64,000 bases of DNA, taken from Terriglobia bacterium. Lineage in GTDB: Bacteria > Acidobacteriota > Terriglobia > JAJPHL01. A program made the position numbers and the translations under genes. The notes beneath the pieces are model-generated. The model was not told the DNA's origin and made no database searches. It saw nothing but the letters and a program-made list of their open reading frames with translations. Location of the stretch: NCBI GenBank assembly GCA_021325275.1, contig JAJPHL010000035.1:54916-118915 (forward strand). Reading direction: 5' to 3'. The number at the start of each line of letters is the position of its first letter. Position 1 is the stretch's first letter. Below, piece by piece: positions 17,962 through 26,680 of the stretch.

Positions 17962-20076
17962 ATGTTCAGCACCCACACCCGCTCTATCCTTGCTTTCGCC
18001 GCCGTGGCCGCCTGCGCGCTGCCGGGCTTTTCGCCCAAACTGGTGGCCCAGAAGCATCCCATGACCATCGAAGACATCCAGAAATTCCGCGAAGTGCGCG
18101 ACGCCCAATGCTCGCCCGATGGCAAGCAAGTGGCCTACGTCGTCTCGCAAATCGACGTGAAGGAAGATCGCAGCAATTCGCACATCTGGATGATCGGCTA
18201 CGACGGCTCGAACGATCGCCAAATGACCTCGAGCACCGATAGCGAGAGCGGGCCGCGCTTCAGTCCTGACGGGAAGTATCTGTCGTTCACGTCGTCGCGC
18301 ACGGGACCGGCGCGCGGGAATCAAGTGTGGCTGCTCGATCGCAACGGCGGCGAAGCGTTTCAGCTTACTGACGTCAAGGGACGCTTGCAAGGCTACGAGT
18401 GGTCGCCGGATTCCAAGCGCCTCGCGCTTGTCGTCGGCGATCCCGATCCGGATGCGCCGGATGGTCCCGAAGGCGGTGGCGGAGGCGCACCGGCCGCGGG
18501 AGGTCGTGGCGGAGCGGGACGTGGCGGCGCCGCGCCGAAGCCGATCGTCATCGATCGCTACAAGTTCAAGCAAGACGGCCAGGGATATTTGCTTTCCGGC
18601 CGTCACAGCTACGTTTATCTCTTCGACATCGCAACGAAGAAAACGGAGCGCCTAACGAAATCGAAATTCGATGAAGCATCGCCCGCGTGGTCGCCGGACG
18701 GATCGAAGATCGCGTTCACGAGCAATCGCAATCCCGATGCCGACCGTGAACCGTCCACGCAAATCTTTATCGCGGAATCAAAGCCGGGCTCGATAGAGAA
18801 AGCGATCACGCCGGCGACGTCCCGCGGCGGTCGCGGACGCCCCGAGTGGTCGCTGGACGCCAAGTGGATCGCGTATCTTGAGGGCGAAGCGGATAAGAAG
18901 TTTGCCGCGTACGGCCAGGAACATTTGAATTTGGTAGCCACCGACGGCAACTCCGCGCCGATCCGCCAAGCGATTTCAGACGCGCTCGACCGCAGCGTGT
19001 CGTCGCCGAAATTCACAGCGGACTCGATCACGTTCCTGGTGACGGACGATATGTCGGAATATCCCGCGCGCATGCGGCTGGGCCGCAGCGATGTGGAGAA
19101 GCTGCTGCCCGAACCGGTAGTGGTTTCCGCGCCGAACACGGCGGGAGCGTGTTCCATCGTGATGGCCGGAGGCACGCAGAAGCACCAAGAGATTTACGCG
19201 TTTGAAAACAGCAAACTGCGGCAATTGACGCATCAGAACGACGCGCTGTTCGACACGCTCGATCTCGGCCAAGTGGAAAAAGTCAGTTTCAAGAGCAAGG
19301 ACGGCACCGAAGTTCACGGCTTGCTGACCATGCCGGTAGGTTATAAAGCCGGACAAAAGGTTCCGCTTCTGCTGCGCATTCACGGCGGACCGAATTCGCA
19401 GGAAGCGTATCGTTTCTCCACCGAGCATCAGTTTTTCGCGGCTAACGGCTACGCGGTGCTGGCGGTCAACTATCGCGGCAGCGCGGGACGCGGCCAGAAA
19501 TTCTCGCGCGCCATCGCCGCCGACTGGGGACATCTGGAGGTAGAGGATTTGATCGCGGGCGTCAATCACGTGATCGAGATGGGCGTGGCCGATCCCAACA
19601 AGTTGGGCGTCGGCGGATGGAGCTATGGCGGCATTCTCACCGACTACATGATCGCCAGCGACACGCGCTTCAAAGGCGCGACCTCGGGCGCGGGCACCGC
19701 CTTCACCGTGGCGTTCTACGGAACGGATCAGTACATTTTGCAATACGACTACGAGATCGGACCACCGTGGCAGGAAGAAGCGTGGAAAACGTATCAGAAA
19801 ATTTCCTATCCGTTCCTCCACGCGGATCGCATCAAGACGCCGACGATTTTCTTCGGCGGCGAGCGCGACTTCAACGTGCCGGTGCAAGGCGGTCAGCAGA
19901 TGTATCAAGCCCTGCGCAGCTTGGGCATCGACACGCGCCTGGTGATTTATCCGAACGAGACGCACGGCATTTCGCGCCCAAGCTACGTGAAGGATCGCTA
20001 CCAGCGGTATCTGGCGTGGTACGACAAATACGTGAAAGGCACCGAGACCGCGAAGCAACCGATCGAAGACAAGTAA
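17962..20076 (+). CDS. S9-family serine peptidase (prolyl oligopeptidase / dipeptidyl aminopeptidase-like) with N-terminal beta-propeller and signal peptide
   Basis: Repeated PDGK...SPDG propeller blades, then GWSYGG nucleophile elbow and a C-terminal Asp/His (NETHGI). Start at MFSTHTRSILAFAAVAA (signal peptide). Confidence 0.85.
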   Translation: MFSTHTRSILAFAAVAACALPGFSPKLVAQKHPMTIEDIQKFREVRDAQCSPDGKQVAYVVSQIDVKEDRSNSHIWMIGYDGSNDRQMTSSTDSESGPRFSPDGKYLSFTSSRTGPARGNQVWLLDRNGGEAFQLTDVKGRLQGYEWSPDSKRLALVVGDPDPDAPDGPEGGGGGAPAAGGRGGAGRGGAAPKPIVIDRYKFKQDGQGYLLSGRHSYVYLFDIATKKTERLTKSKFDEASPAWSPDGSKIAFTSNRNPDADREPSTQIFIAESKPGSIEKAITPATSRGGRGRPEWSLDAKWIAYLEGEADKKFAAYGQEHLNLVATDGNSAPIRQAISDALDRSVSSPKFTADSITFLVTDDMSEYPARMRLGRSDVEKLLPEPVVVSAPNTAGACSIVMAGGTQKHQEIYAFENSKLRQLTHQNDALFDTLDLGQVEKVSFKSKDGTEVHGLLTMPVGYKAGQKVPLLLRIHGGPNSQEAYRFSTEHQFFAANGYAVLAVNYRGSAGRGQKFSRAIAADWGHLEVEDLIAGVNHVIEMGVADPNKLGVGGWSYGGILTDYMIASDTRFKGATSGAGTAFTVAFYGTDQYILQYDYEIGPPWQEEAWKTYQKISYPFLHADRIKTPTIFFGGERDFNVPVQGGQQMYQALRSLGIDTRLVIYPNETHGISRPSYVKDRYQRYLAWYDKYVKGTETAKQPIEDK

Positions 20077-20088
20077 GGTTAACAGCGG

Positions 20089-21000
20089 ATGGCGGAAGCC
20101 CTTTGCCTCGGCGAGTTGCTCGTCGATTTCGTTGCGCTTACTTCGGGCGTTCGCTTGGCCGATGCGGTGGAGTTTCGCCGCGCGGCGGGCGGCGCGCCGG
20201 CGAACGTGGCCGTTGGCTTGGCGCGTCTCGGCGTCGAAACCGCGTTGATCGCCAAGGTGGGCGCGGATGAATTTGGCCGATTCCTGCGGAAAACCATCGA
20301 AGACGAAGGCATCGATACATCAGGATTGGTCAGCGCCAAGCGCGCGCAAACGGCGCTGGCGTTTGTGTCGCTCGATTCTTCCAACGAACGTTCGTTCGAG
20401 TTTCACGGCGATCCGTCACCGGACGCGCTACTCGCGCCTGGCGATTTGCGCGAGCGTCCCTGGCGTGGCGCGCGCGTCTTCCACTACGGCAGCATCAGCT
20501 TGATCGCGGAACCAAGCCGCGCGGCGACACTTGCCGCCATCGCGCGCGCGAGAAAGCGCGGATTGTTGGTGAGTTGCGATCCGAATTTGCGCTTGGCTCT
20601 GTGGCCGTCCCCCTCGGCGGCTCGCGCGGGAATGCGTTTGGCATTGCGTCACGCCGACGTGGTGAAGATCAGCGAAGAGGAAGTGGATTTTCTCGGGAAG
20701 ATGCCCCACGCAAAGCTGGTTGTAGTTACGCGAGGACCCCAGGGCGGCACGGTCTTCCAAGACGGCAAGCGTGTTTCCGATTTTCCGGCGTTCCGCGTAA
20801 AATCGATCGACTCCACCGGCGCGGGCGATGCCTTCACGGCGGGGCTGCTCTATGGCTTGCTGCGCGAAAAGCCCATCGCGGAGACAATCCGCATCGCCGC
20901 AGCGTGTGGTGCGCTCGTCACGTTGCGCCGGGGCGCGATTCCCGCGATGCCGGGACTTCCGGCGGTCATGCGATTAGCACGAAGCCGCGAAAGCCGGTGA
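20089..21000 (+). CDS. PfkB-family carbohydrate kinase (fructokinase-like)
   Basis: GGAPANVAVGLARLG N-terminal motif; C-terminal DSTGAGDAFTAGLLYGL anion hole. Confidence 0.85.
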   Translation: MAEALCLGELLVDFVALTSGVRLADAVEFRRAAGGAPANVAVGLARLGVETALIAKVGADEFGRFLRKTIEDEGIDTSGLVSAKRAQTALAFVSLDSSNERSFEFHGDPSPDALLAPGDLRERPWRGARVFHYGSISLIAEPSRAATLAAIARARKRGLLVSCDPNLRLALWPSPSAARAGMRLALRHADVVKISEEEVDFLGKMPHAKLVVVTRGPQGGTVFQDGKRVSDFPAFRVKSIDSTGAGDAFTAGLLYGLLREKPIAETIRIAAACGALVTLRRGAIPAMPGLPAVMRLARSRESR

Positions 21001-21176
21001 ACAACCGTTTCGAGGCGCGGCTGACAAGCCGTCGCAGTCCAAATGTGATATCTCTTCATATTGAATCTTGCGAACAGCGGCTTGTGTTAAGCTGCTGTTA
21101 TTTTTCCGCGCTTGCGGCAAAAGCGTAGCGCGTTGCGCCGCTCGGCGGCGCGCAATCAAAACTTGGGAGTGGACAC

Positions 21177-23306
21177 TTGGCACTGAAACTGTACGACGGA
21201 AAAGACATTCGCAACGTCGGAGTCGCTGGGCACGGCGGCTCCGGCAAAACCTCTTTGGTCTCCGCACTTCTTTATACCGCCGGTTCAGTCGACCGGCTGG
21301 GCCGCGTCGACGACGGCACGACCGTCACCGATTACGACGAAGAAGAGATTGCCCGCAAAGTATCGATCTCCACGGGCGTCGCGTACGCCGAATGGGCGGC
21401 CGGCGGCGGCAAGGTGAAAATCAACCTGCTCGACACACCCGGCTACAACATCTTTATCGGTGAAACGCGCGCCAGCATCGTGGCCGCCGATTCCGTGCTG
21501 GTGGTGGTCGACGCGGTGGCCGGCGTGGAAGTGCAAACGGAAAAAGTGTGGTCGTTCGCCGAAGAGTTCGGCCAGGCGCGCGCGCTGGTGGTGAATCGCC
21601 TGGATCGCGAGCGCGCTGGATTCGATCGCGCAGTGGAATCGATCCAAAACGCCTTCGGACGCGGCGCCGTGGCGATCCAGATGCCGCTGGGCGAGGAGAA
21701 AAATGCGCGCGGCATCGTGGACTTGATCGGTATGAAGGCGTACACCTACGATTCCGGCGGAAACGGCAAGGGTAAGGAAGAAGCGATACCCGCGAATCTG
21801 GCCGACGCCGCGCAAGCCGCACACGAAAAGCTGGTGGAAGCAGCGGCCGAAGGCGACGACGCGCTGCTCGAGGAGTTTTTCGACAAAGGAACATTGCCCG
21901 TCGAGCATATTGTCGACGGTTTGAAGAAAGCGATCGCCGCGGGACGTTTGTTCCCCATCCTGTGCGCGTGCGGCGGGAAGAATTTGGGCAGCGATCACAT
22001 CCTGAGTTTCCTCACGAACTTCATGCCGTCGGCCGCCGATCGCGGCACGGTGAAAGGCGCGGCCAAGCCGGGTGGAGAGCTCGACGTGACGCGCAAGATC
22101 ACCAACGACGAGGCGCTTTCCGTCTACGTTTACAAAACCGTCGCCGATCCCTTCGCTGGACGCCTGACGTACTTCAAAGTTCAATCGGGCGTGCTGAAAT
22201 CCGACGCCACGCTGACCAATTTCGTGCGCAGTTCGGAAGAACGCATGGCGCATATCGGTGTGCTTCTGGGAAAAGAGCAAGTACCGGTGCAGGAATTGCG
22301 CGCCGGCGATTTGGGCGTGGTCGCGAAATTGAAGGACACCGTGACCGGCGACACCCTGGGCGCGGTGAAGTCCACGCCGATTTTCTATCCGCCGGTGTCG
22401 CTGCCCGAGCCGCTGATCAAGTTCGCGATCGAAGCCAAGTCGCGTGCGGATGAAGATCGCATGGGCGTGGCGCTGCACAAGATTCTTGAGGAAGACCGGT
22501 CGCTGCGCTTCGAGCGCGATCCGCAAACCAAGGACTTTTTGCTCGGCGGATCGGGCCAGCAGCATATTGAAGTGATCGTTTCCAAGTTGAAGAAGCGCTA
22601 TCACGTCGAAGTGACGCTGAAAGCGCCGCGCGTGCCGTATCGCGAGACCATCCGCGGCAAGGCCGACGTGGAAGGGAAGCACAAGAAGCAGTCGGGCGGT
22701 CACGGACAATTCGGCGTTTGCAACGTGAAGATGGAGCCGTTGGTGCGCGGCGGTGGGTTCGAATTCGTCAACGACATTTTCGGCGGCTCGATCCCCAGGA
22801 ACTTCATTCCGGCGGTGGAAAAAGGCATCGTGGAATCGGCGGCGCGCGGCTATCTCGCGGGATTCCCGGTGGTCGATTTCAGGGCCACGGTCTATGACGG
22901 AAAGTATCACGACGTCGACAGCTCGGAAATGGCGTTCAAGATCGCCGGATCGCTGGCATTCAAGGCGGCAATGGCAGTCGCGAAACCGGTGTTGCTCGAG
23001 CCGGTGATGAACGTTGAAGTATACGCGCCCGACACGTACTCCGGCGATCTGATGGGCGATCTGAACTCGCGCCGCGGGCGAATCCAGGGCATGGACAACA
23101 AAGGATCGATGACGGTGATCCGCGCGCAGGTCCCAATGGCGGAAATGCTCACCTACGCCACCGATCTGACGTCAAAGACGCAGGGCCGCGCCAGTTATCA
23201 CATGGAATTCGACCATTACGACACGGTCCCCGGCCCGATCGCGGATAAGGTGATCGCCGCTGCGAAGGCCGCCAAGGCCGGTCAGGTCGAGCCGGAAGAG
23301 GAATAG
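21177..23306 (+). CDS. Elongation factor G paralog (EF-G2-like translational GTPase)
   Basis: Full five-domain EF-G architecture (DTPGY, NRLDR, G' domain, domain IV loop KKQSGGHGQFG). G1 P-loop is degenerate: GVAGHGGSGKT instead of AHIDAGKT. Apparent TTG start. Confidence 0.85.
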   Translation: MALKLYDGKDIRNVGVAGHGGSGKTSLVSALLYTAGSVDRLGRVDDGTTVTDYDEEEIARKVSISTGVAYAEWAAGGGKVKINLLDTPGYNIFIGETRASIVAADSVLVVVDAVAGVEVQTEKVWSFAEEFGQARALVVNRLDRERAGFDRAVESIQNAFGRGAVAIQMPLGEEKNARGIVDLIGMKAYTYDSGGNGKGKEEAIPANLADAAQAAHEKLVEAAAEGDDALLEEFFDKGTLPVEHIVDGLKKAIAAGRLFPILCACGGKNLGSDHILSFLTNFMPSAADRGTVKGAAKPGGELDVTRKITNDEALSVYVYKTVADPFAGRLTYFKVQSGVLKSDATLTNFVRSSEERMAHIGVLLGKEQVPVQELRAGDLGVVAKLKDTVTGDTLGAVKSTPIFYPPVSLPEPLIKFAIEAKSRADEDRMGVALHKILEEDRSLRFERDPQTKDFLLGGSGQQHIEVIVSKLKKRYHVEVTLKAPRVPYRETIRGKADVEGKHKKQSGGHGQFGVCNVKMEPLVRGGGFEFVNDIFGGSIPRNFIPAVEKGIVESAARGYLAGFPVVDFRATVYDGKYHDVDSSEMAFKIAGSLAFKAAMAVAKPVLLEPVMNVEVYAPDTYSGDLMGDLNSRRGRIQGMDNKGSMTVIRAQVPMAEMLTYATDLTSKTQGRASYHMEFDHYDTVPGPIADKVIAAAKAAKAGQVEPEEE

Positions 23307-23447
23307 CAACGCGCCCAGTACGTGGTGGAAGTGAAATTCACTAAGGATAACGCCGCGCTTAATGCCACGTACCCGCGCTTAATGATCCTCCCGCAGAAGT
23401 TCGTTCAGCGTTGAATACGCACGGTCCGGAGGTGCCTGCACCACTTT

Positions 23448-23459
23448 CACCAATTGGTG
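23448..23459. promoter_or_regulatory. Perfect 12-bp palindrome CACCAATTGGTG 14 bp upstream of vapB; candidate antitoxin operator
   Basis: Perfect dyad immediately upstream of the TA operon start. A shorter GGTGC..GCACC dyad sits just 5' of it. Confidence 0.4.
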
Positions 23460-23472
23460 CTAGGATAGACGC

Positions 23473-23709
23473 ATGAAACGCGCCACGATCACGGTTCCCA
23501 AGGATTTGGCGGCGGCCGTTGACGGTTATGTTCAGGCCCAGGAGACGCCTCCCGCCTTCACGGCGGTCGTCCAAACGGCATTGCGGCATTTCCTGGCCGA
23601 GCGCGGCTACTTGCGGTCACGCGTGCCCCTCCGAATTACTCCGGCGACGCGCGGAAGTGGCCGACGGGACGTAAGCGAAGCGCATGATCGCTACCTCGCC
23701 GGCAAATGA
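23473..23709 (+). CDS. Type II antitoxin (VapB-like, RHH/CopG-type N-terminus)
   Basis: 78 aa. N-terminus MKRATITVPKDLAAAVDGYV is typical of ribbon-helix-helix antitoxins. 4-nt ATGA overlap with the downstream PIN gene. Confidence 0.6.
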   Translation: MKRATITVPKDLAAAVDGYVQAQETPPAFTAVVQTALRHFLAERGYLRSRVPLRITPATRGSGRRDVSEAHDRYLAGK

Positions 23710-24113
23710 GGCGCGCCGTACTCGCTGACGCCGGCCCTTTGTATGCTGCCGCTGATCCTGACGACGCACACCATCATCGTGCTCAACGCGAGCTGAAGCG
23801 GCTGGCACGGGATAAACGCGAAGTGTTCGTTGCCTATCCAACGCTGGCCGAGGCCTACACTCTGGTGCTTAGGCGGCTCGGAAAACAGACCGCTACGCAG
23901 TGGCTGAACGACGTGGTGACCGGCACCGCCGTCCTCAATCCAACGCCCGAGGATTACCATGCCGCGATCAAGGCGCTCTCATCGTTCCCGGATCAAGCGA
24001 TCTCGTTATTCGACGCAACAGTGGCCGCGATGGGCAACCGCTTAGGAGTCGAGATTTGGACATACGATCACCACTTCGACATCATGCAAGCGCCGGTTTG
24101 GCATGCAGAGTAA
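23706..24113 (+). CDS. vapC: PIN-domain toxin (VapC)
   Basis: LADAGPLYAAAD (first acidic residue), ...FDATVAAMG..., C-terminal IWTYDHHFD; 135 aa. Confidence 0.8.
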   Translation: MRRAVLADAGPLYAAADPDDAHHHRAQRELKRLARDKREVFVAYPTLAEAYTLVLRRLGKQTATQWLNDVVTGTAVLNPTPEDYHAAIKALSSFPDQAISLFDATVAAMGNRLGVEIWTYDHHFDIMQAPVWHAE

Positions 24114-24247
24114 TCCGCCCCTAACCAGTACCAAGGTCCCGGCGTCCTAAAGATGAAACTAGGCATTGACTTTGTGAATCTTGTGTTAGCATGGCCCCTG
24201 AGTTGCTTTCCGGGTATTGAGGTCTTAGGTTCGTTTTGTAATTTCTA

Positions 24248-26167
24248 ATGCCGCGCCACCGGAACCCAGTTCGTCGCCTCAAGCATGTAACGCTCGCTCT
24301 CGTGGTGTGCGCGACCCTGTCGGTTCCCGCGATCGCCCAGAAACAGAAGAAGAAAAAGGCCCAAGAAGCCGCGCCGGTTCCGCCGCCGCAGTTCGTCGCC
24401 GTTCAGGACAAGCTCCCCGCCGGTCCTTGGTCTTCGTTCCCGCTGCCCGCCGTTCTTCCCCCCGTCGATCCCGTTAAGGAACTCCTTAGTAAGGTGCGGA
24501 CCTCATACGCCGCCGGCGTCGAGGCGTACCAAAGCGGGCACCTCGGCAAGGCACGCATCGAGTTCGACCATGCCGTCGAGATCATGCTGACCTCTGGAAT
24601 GCACCTGCGGGCGAACCCGGACCTGGAGCGCGAGTACGAATCACTGGTGGATCATGTCAACGGCTTCGAAGTTTCCGCGCTGACCGAAGGCGACGGCTTT
24701 ACCGAGCGCAAGCCGGTCACCGCCGCCATCGACGAAGTGGCCGACATCGACCTTCCCAAGGTAGACATGCAGCAGGTCGACGCCCGCATCCGCGACTTGG
24801 TGGAAAAAGGCCTGCGCGACACGCGGTCGGACCTGCCGTTGATGATCAACGACGAGGTCCTCCGCTACATCAACTTCTTCTCCGGGCGCGGACGCGGCGG
24901 CATCCAGGCTGGATGGCGGCGCGCCGGGCGCTATCGCGAGATGATCTCGCGCGTTCTGCGGGAAGAAGGCGTTCCTCAGGACCTGATCTATTTGGCGCAG
25001 GCGGAATCGGCCTTTCACCCCACCGCGCTATCGCGGGCAGGAGCACGCGGGATGTGGCAGTTCATGGCTTACACGGGTAAGGTCTATGGCTTGAAAGCCG
25101 ACTGGTGGGTCGATCCGCGCCAGGACCCCGAAGCCGCCACGCGAGCCGCCGCGCATCACTTGCACGACCTTTATCGCCAGTTCGGCGACTGGTATCTGGC
25201 GATGGCGGCCTACAATTCGGGACCCCAAAACGTCTCGCGGGCCATCGAACGCACCGGATACGCCGACTTCTGGGAGCTGTATCGTCGCAACCAATTGCCG
25301 CGGGAAACCAAGAACTACGTGCCGATCATCTTGGCGGTGACGATCATGGCCAAGAATCCGGCGGCGTATGGACTAACCGAAGTTGAGCCGGATCCGGCGG
25401 TGCCCACTGAAACGGTGAAGCTGACGACGCCCACCGATCTGCGCTTGATAGCCGAAACCATCGACTGCACGGTCGAGCAATTGCAGGATTTGAACCCCAG
25501 CCTCTTGCGCTGGGTAACGCCGAAGCAGGACGAATTCGACTTGCGCCTACCCGCCGGTTCGCGCGACCGCTTCCTGGAGCAGATCGCGGCGATCCCCGAG
25601 GACAAGCGCGTTTGGTGGCGCTGGCATCGCGTGGCCGACGGAGAGTCGCTGGCGCAGATCGCCAAGCAGTACAAGACCACCAGCACGGCCATCGCGGAAG
25701 TAAACAACATTCAGGATGCCAAGACCGCGGACTTGGCTCCCGGAAGCCGCCTGGTAATTCCGATCACTCCAAAGAATTCCTCGTTGTTGGCCGCCGCCAT
25801 GGAAGGCTCGAAGACGCGCTCGGTAAGCCTGCACTACAAGGTTCGCAAAGGCGACACCATCGCCGTTGTAGCCGATCGCTTTGGCGTGGAGAAAGACGAT
25901 GTGCTGAAGTGGAACGGATTGAAAACAAGCACGTTATCGCCAGGTAGAGTGCTGACGATCCGGGCGGTCCAGAGCGGTCCGGCGCCTTCGGTTTCGGCGT
26001 CGCACAAGAAGTCCAGCCATTCGCTCGTGGCTACCGCGCATCACGGCACGGCCACTCACCACCACACCACCGTGAAAGCCGCTGCGCACCTGCCTGCAAA
26101 ATCCTCGCCCAAACTGGTCGCCAAAGGATCGGCGCCCCGGTCGAGCGCGGCTCTTGCGGATCACTAA
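24248..26167 (+). CDS. Membrane-bound lytic murein transglycosylase D-like (SLT domain + two LysM domains)
   Basis: SLT catalytic region LAQAESAFHPTALSRAGARGMWQFM...AAYNSGPQNV. LysM domains HRVADGESLAQIAKQY and YKVRKGDTIAVVADRF. Signal peptide present. Confidence 0.85.
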   Translation: MPRHRNPVRRLKHVTLALVVCATLSVPAIAQKQKKKKAQEAAPVPPPQFVAVQDKLPAGPWSSFPLPAVLPPVDPVKELLSKVRTSYAAGVEAYQSGHLGKARIEFDHAVEIMLTSGMHLRANPDLEREYESLVDHVNGFEVSALTEGDGFTERKPVTAAIDEVADIDLPKVDMQQVDARIRDLVEKGLRDTRSDLPLMINDEVLRYINFFSGRGRGGIQAGWRRAGRYREMISRVLREEGVPQDLIYLAQAESAFHPTALSRAGARGMWQFMAYTGKVYGLKADWWVDPRQDPEAATRAAAHHLHDLYRQFGDWYLAMAAYNSGPQNVSRAIERTGYADFWELYRRNQLPRETKNYVPIILAVTIMAKNPAAYGLTEVEPDPAVPTETVKLTTPTDLRLIAETIDCTVEQLQDLNPSLLRWVTPKQDEFDLRLPAGSRDRFLEQIAAIPEDKRVWWRWHRVADGESLAQIAKQYKTTSTAIAEVNNIQDAKTADLAPGSRLVIPITPKNSSLLAAAMEGSKTRSVSLHYKVRKGDTIAVVADRFGVEKDDVLKWNGLKTSTLSPGRVLTIRAVQSGPAPSVSASHKKSSHSLVATAHHGTATHHHTTVKAAAHLPAKSSPKLVAKGSAPRSSAALADH

Positions 26168-26207
26168 ACTTTTTCCTCAAAAAGTATCGTTCTCAGTCGG
26201 CTTTTTC

Positions 26208-26236
26208 TTGACAGCGCACGTCGCACTGCGTTAATT
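26208..26236 (+). promoter_or_regulatory. Sigma70-type promoter (TTGACA - 17 nt - TTAATT) for the histone-like gene
   Basis: Consensus -35 TTGACA at 26208-26213, 17-nt spacer, -10 TTAATT at 26231-26236. GGAG Shine-Dalgarno at 26254-57, ATG at 26267. Confidence 0.45.
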
Positions 26237-26266
26237 TCCAACTCGATCCATTTGGAGTCCCGAACT

Positions 26267-26581
26267 ATGCCTTTTGAATACGAACGCGAAGAGGAAGAGT
26301 TGGAGGAACTGGAAGCGGGATCCGAATACGAAGCCGAGGAGGAAGAGATGGACGAAATGGAAGGAACCATGGGCGAAGTAAGCGCCCCAGTGGAGTCTGC
26401 TCCGGTCGACGTGCCCGCTCCAGCAGCCCCCAAACCGAAAGCCAAGCCCAAGGCCAAGGCAAAGCCAAAGGCCAAACCCAAAGCCAAGGCCAAGCCCAAG
26501 GCGAAGAAGGCCGCGAAGAAGCCGGCCAAGAAAGCCAAGAAGGCTGCCAAGAAACCGGCCAAGAAGAAAAAGAAGAAGTAG
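26267..26581 (+). CDS. Histone H1-like lysine/alanine/proline-rich protein with acidic N-terminal half
   Basis: N-terminus MPFEYEREEEELEELEAGSEYEAEEEEMDEME is highly acidic. C-terminus is (KAKPKA)n then AKKPAKKAKKAAKKPAKKKKKK. Codon periodicity is clean and a strong promoter/RBS lies upstream. Confidence 0.6.
   Translation: MPFEYEREEEELEELEAGSEYEAEEEEMDEMEGTMGEVSAPVESAPVDVPAPAAPKPKAKPKAKAKPKAKPKAKAKPKAKKAAKKPAKKAKKAAKKPAKKKKKK
26434..26505 (+). repeat. Tandem 18-nt repeat (AAGCCCAAGGCCAAGGCA-like) encoding KAKPKA units
   Basis: About four degenerate 18-nt units inside the histone-like gene. Confidence 0.6.
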
Positions 26582-26680
26582 TCCTGATTCTCCGCTCCGC
26601 GTCTCCGCTTGAGGCGAGTTGTTCCTTGCATCAGGCGGAGTCGCGGCGTTCTTTTCCCTCCCGTTGCGCCAACCACTGCC

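Noticed and set aside
24166-24192. Putative promoter TTGACT...TAGCAT upstream of the mltD-like gene.
   Set aside because: The spacer is only 15 nt in the best register and the -10 is weak, so it is not reported as a feature.
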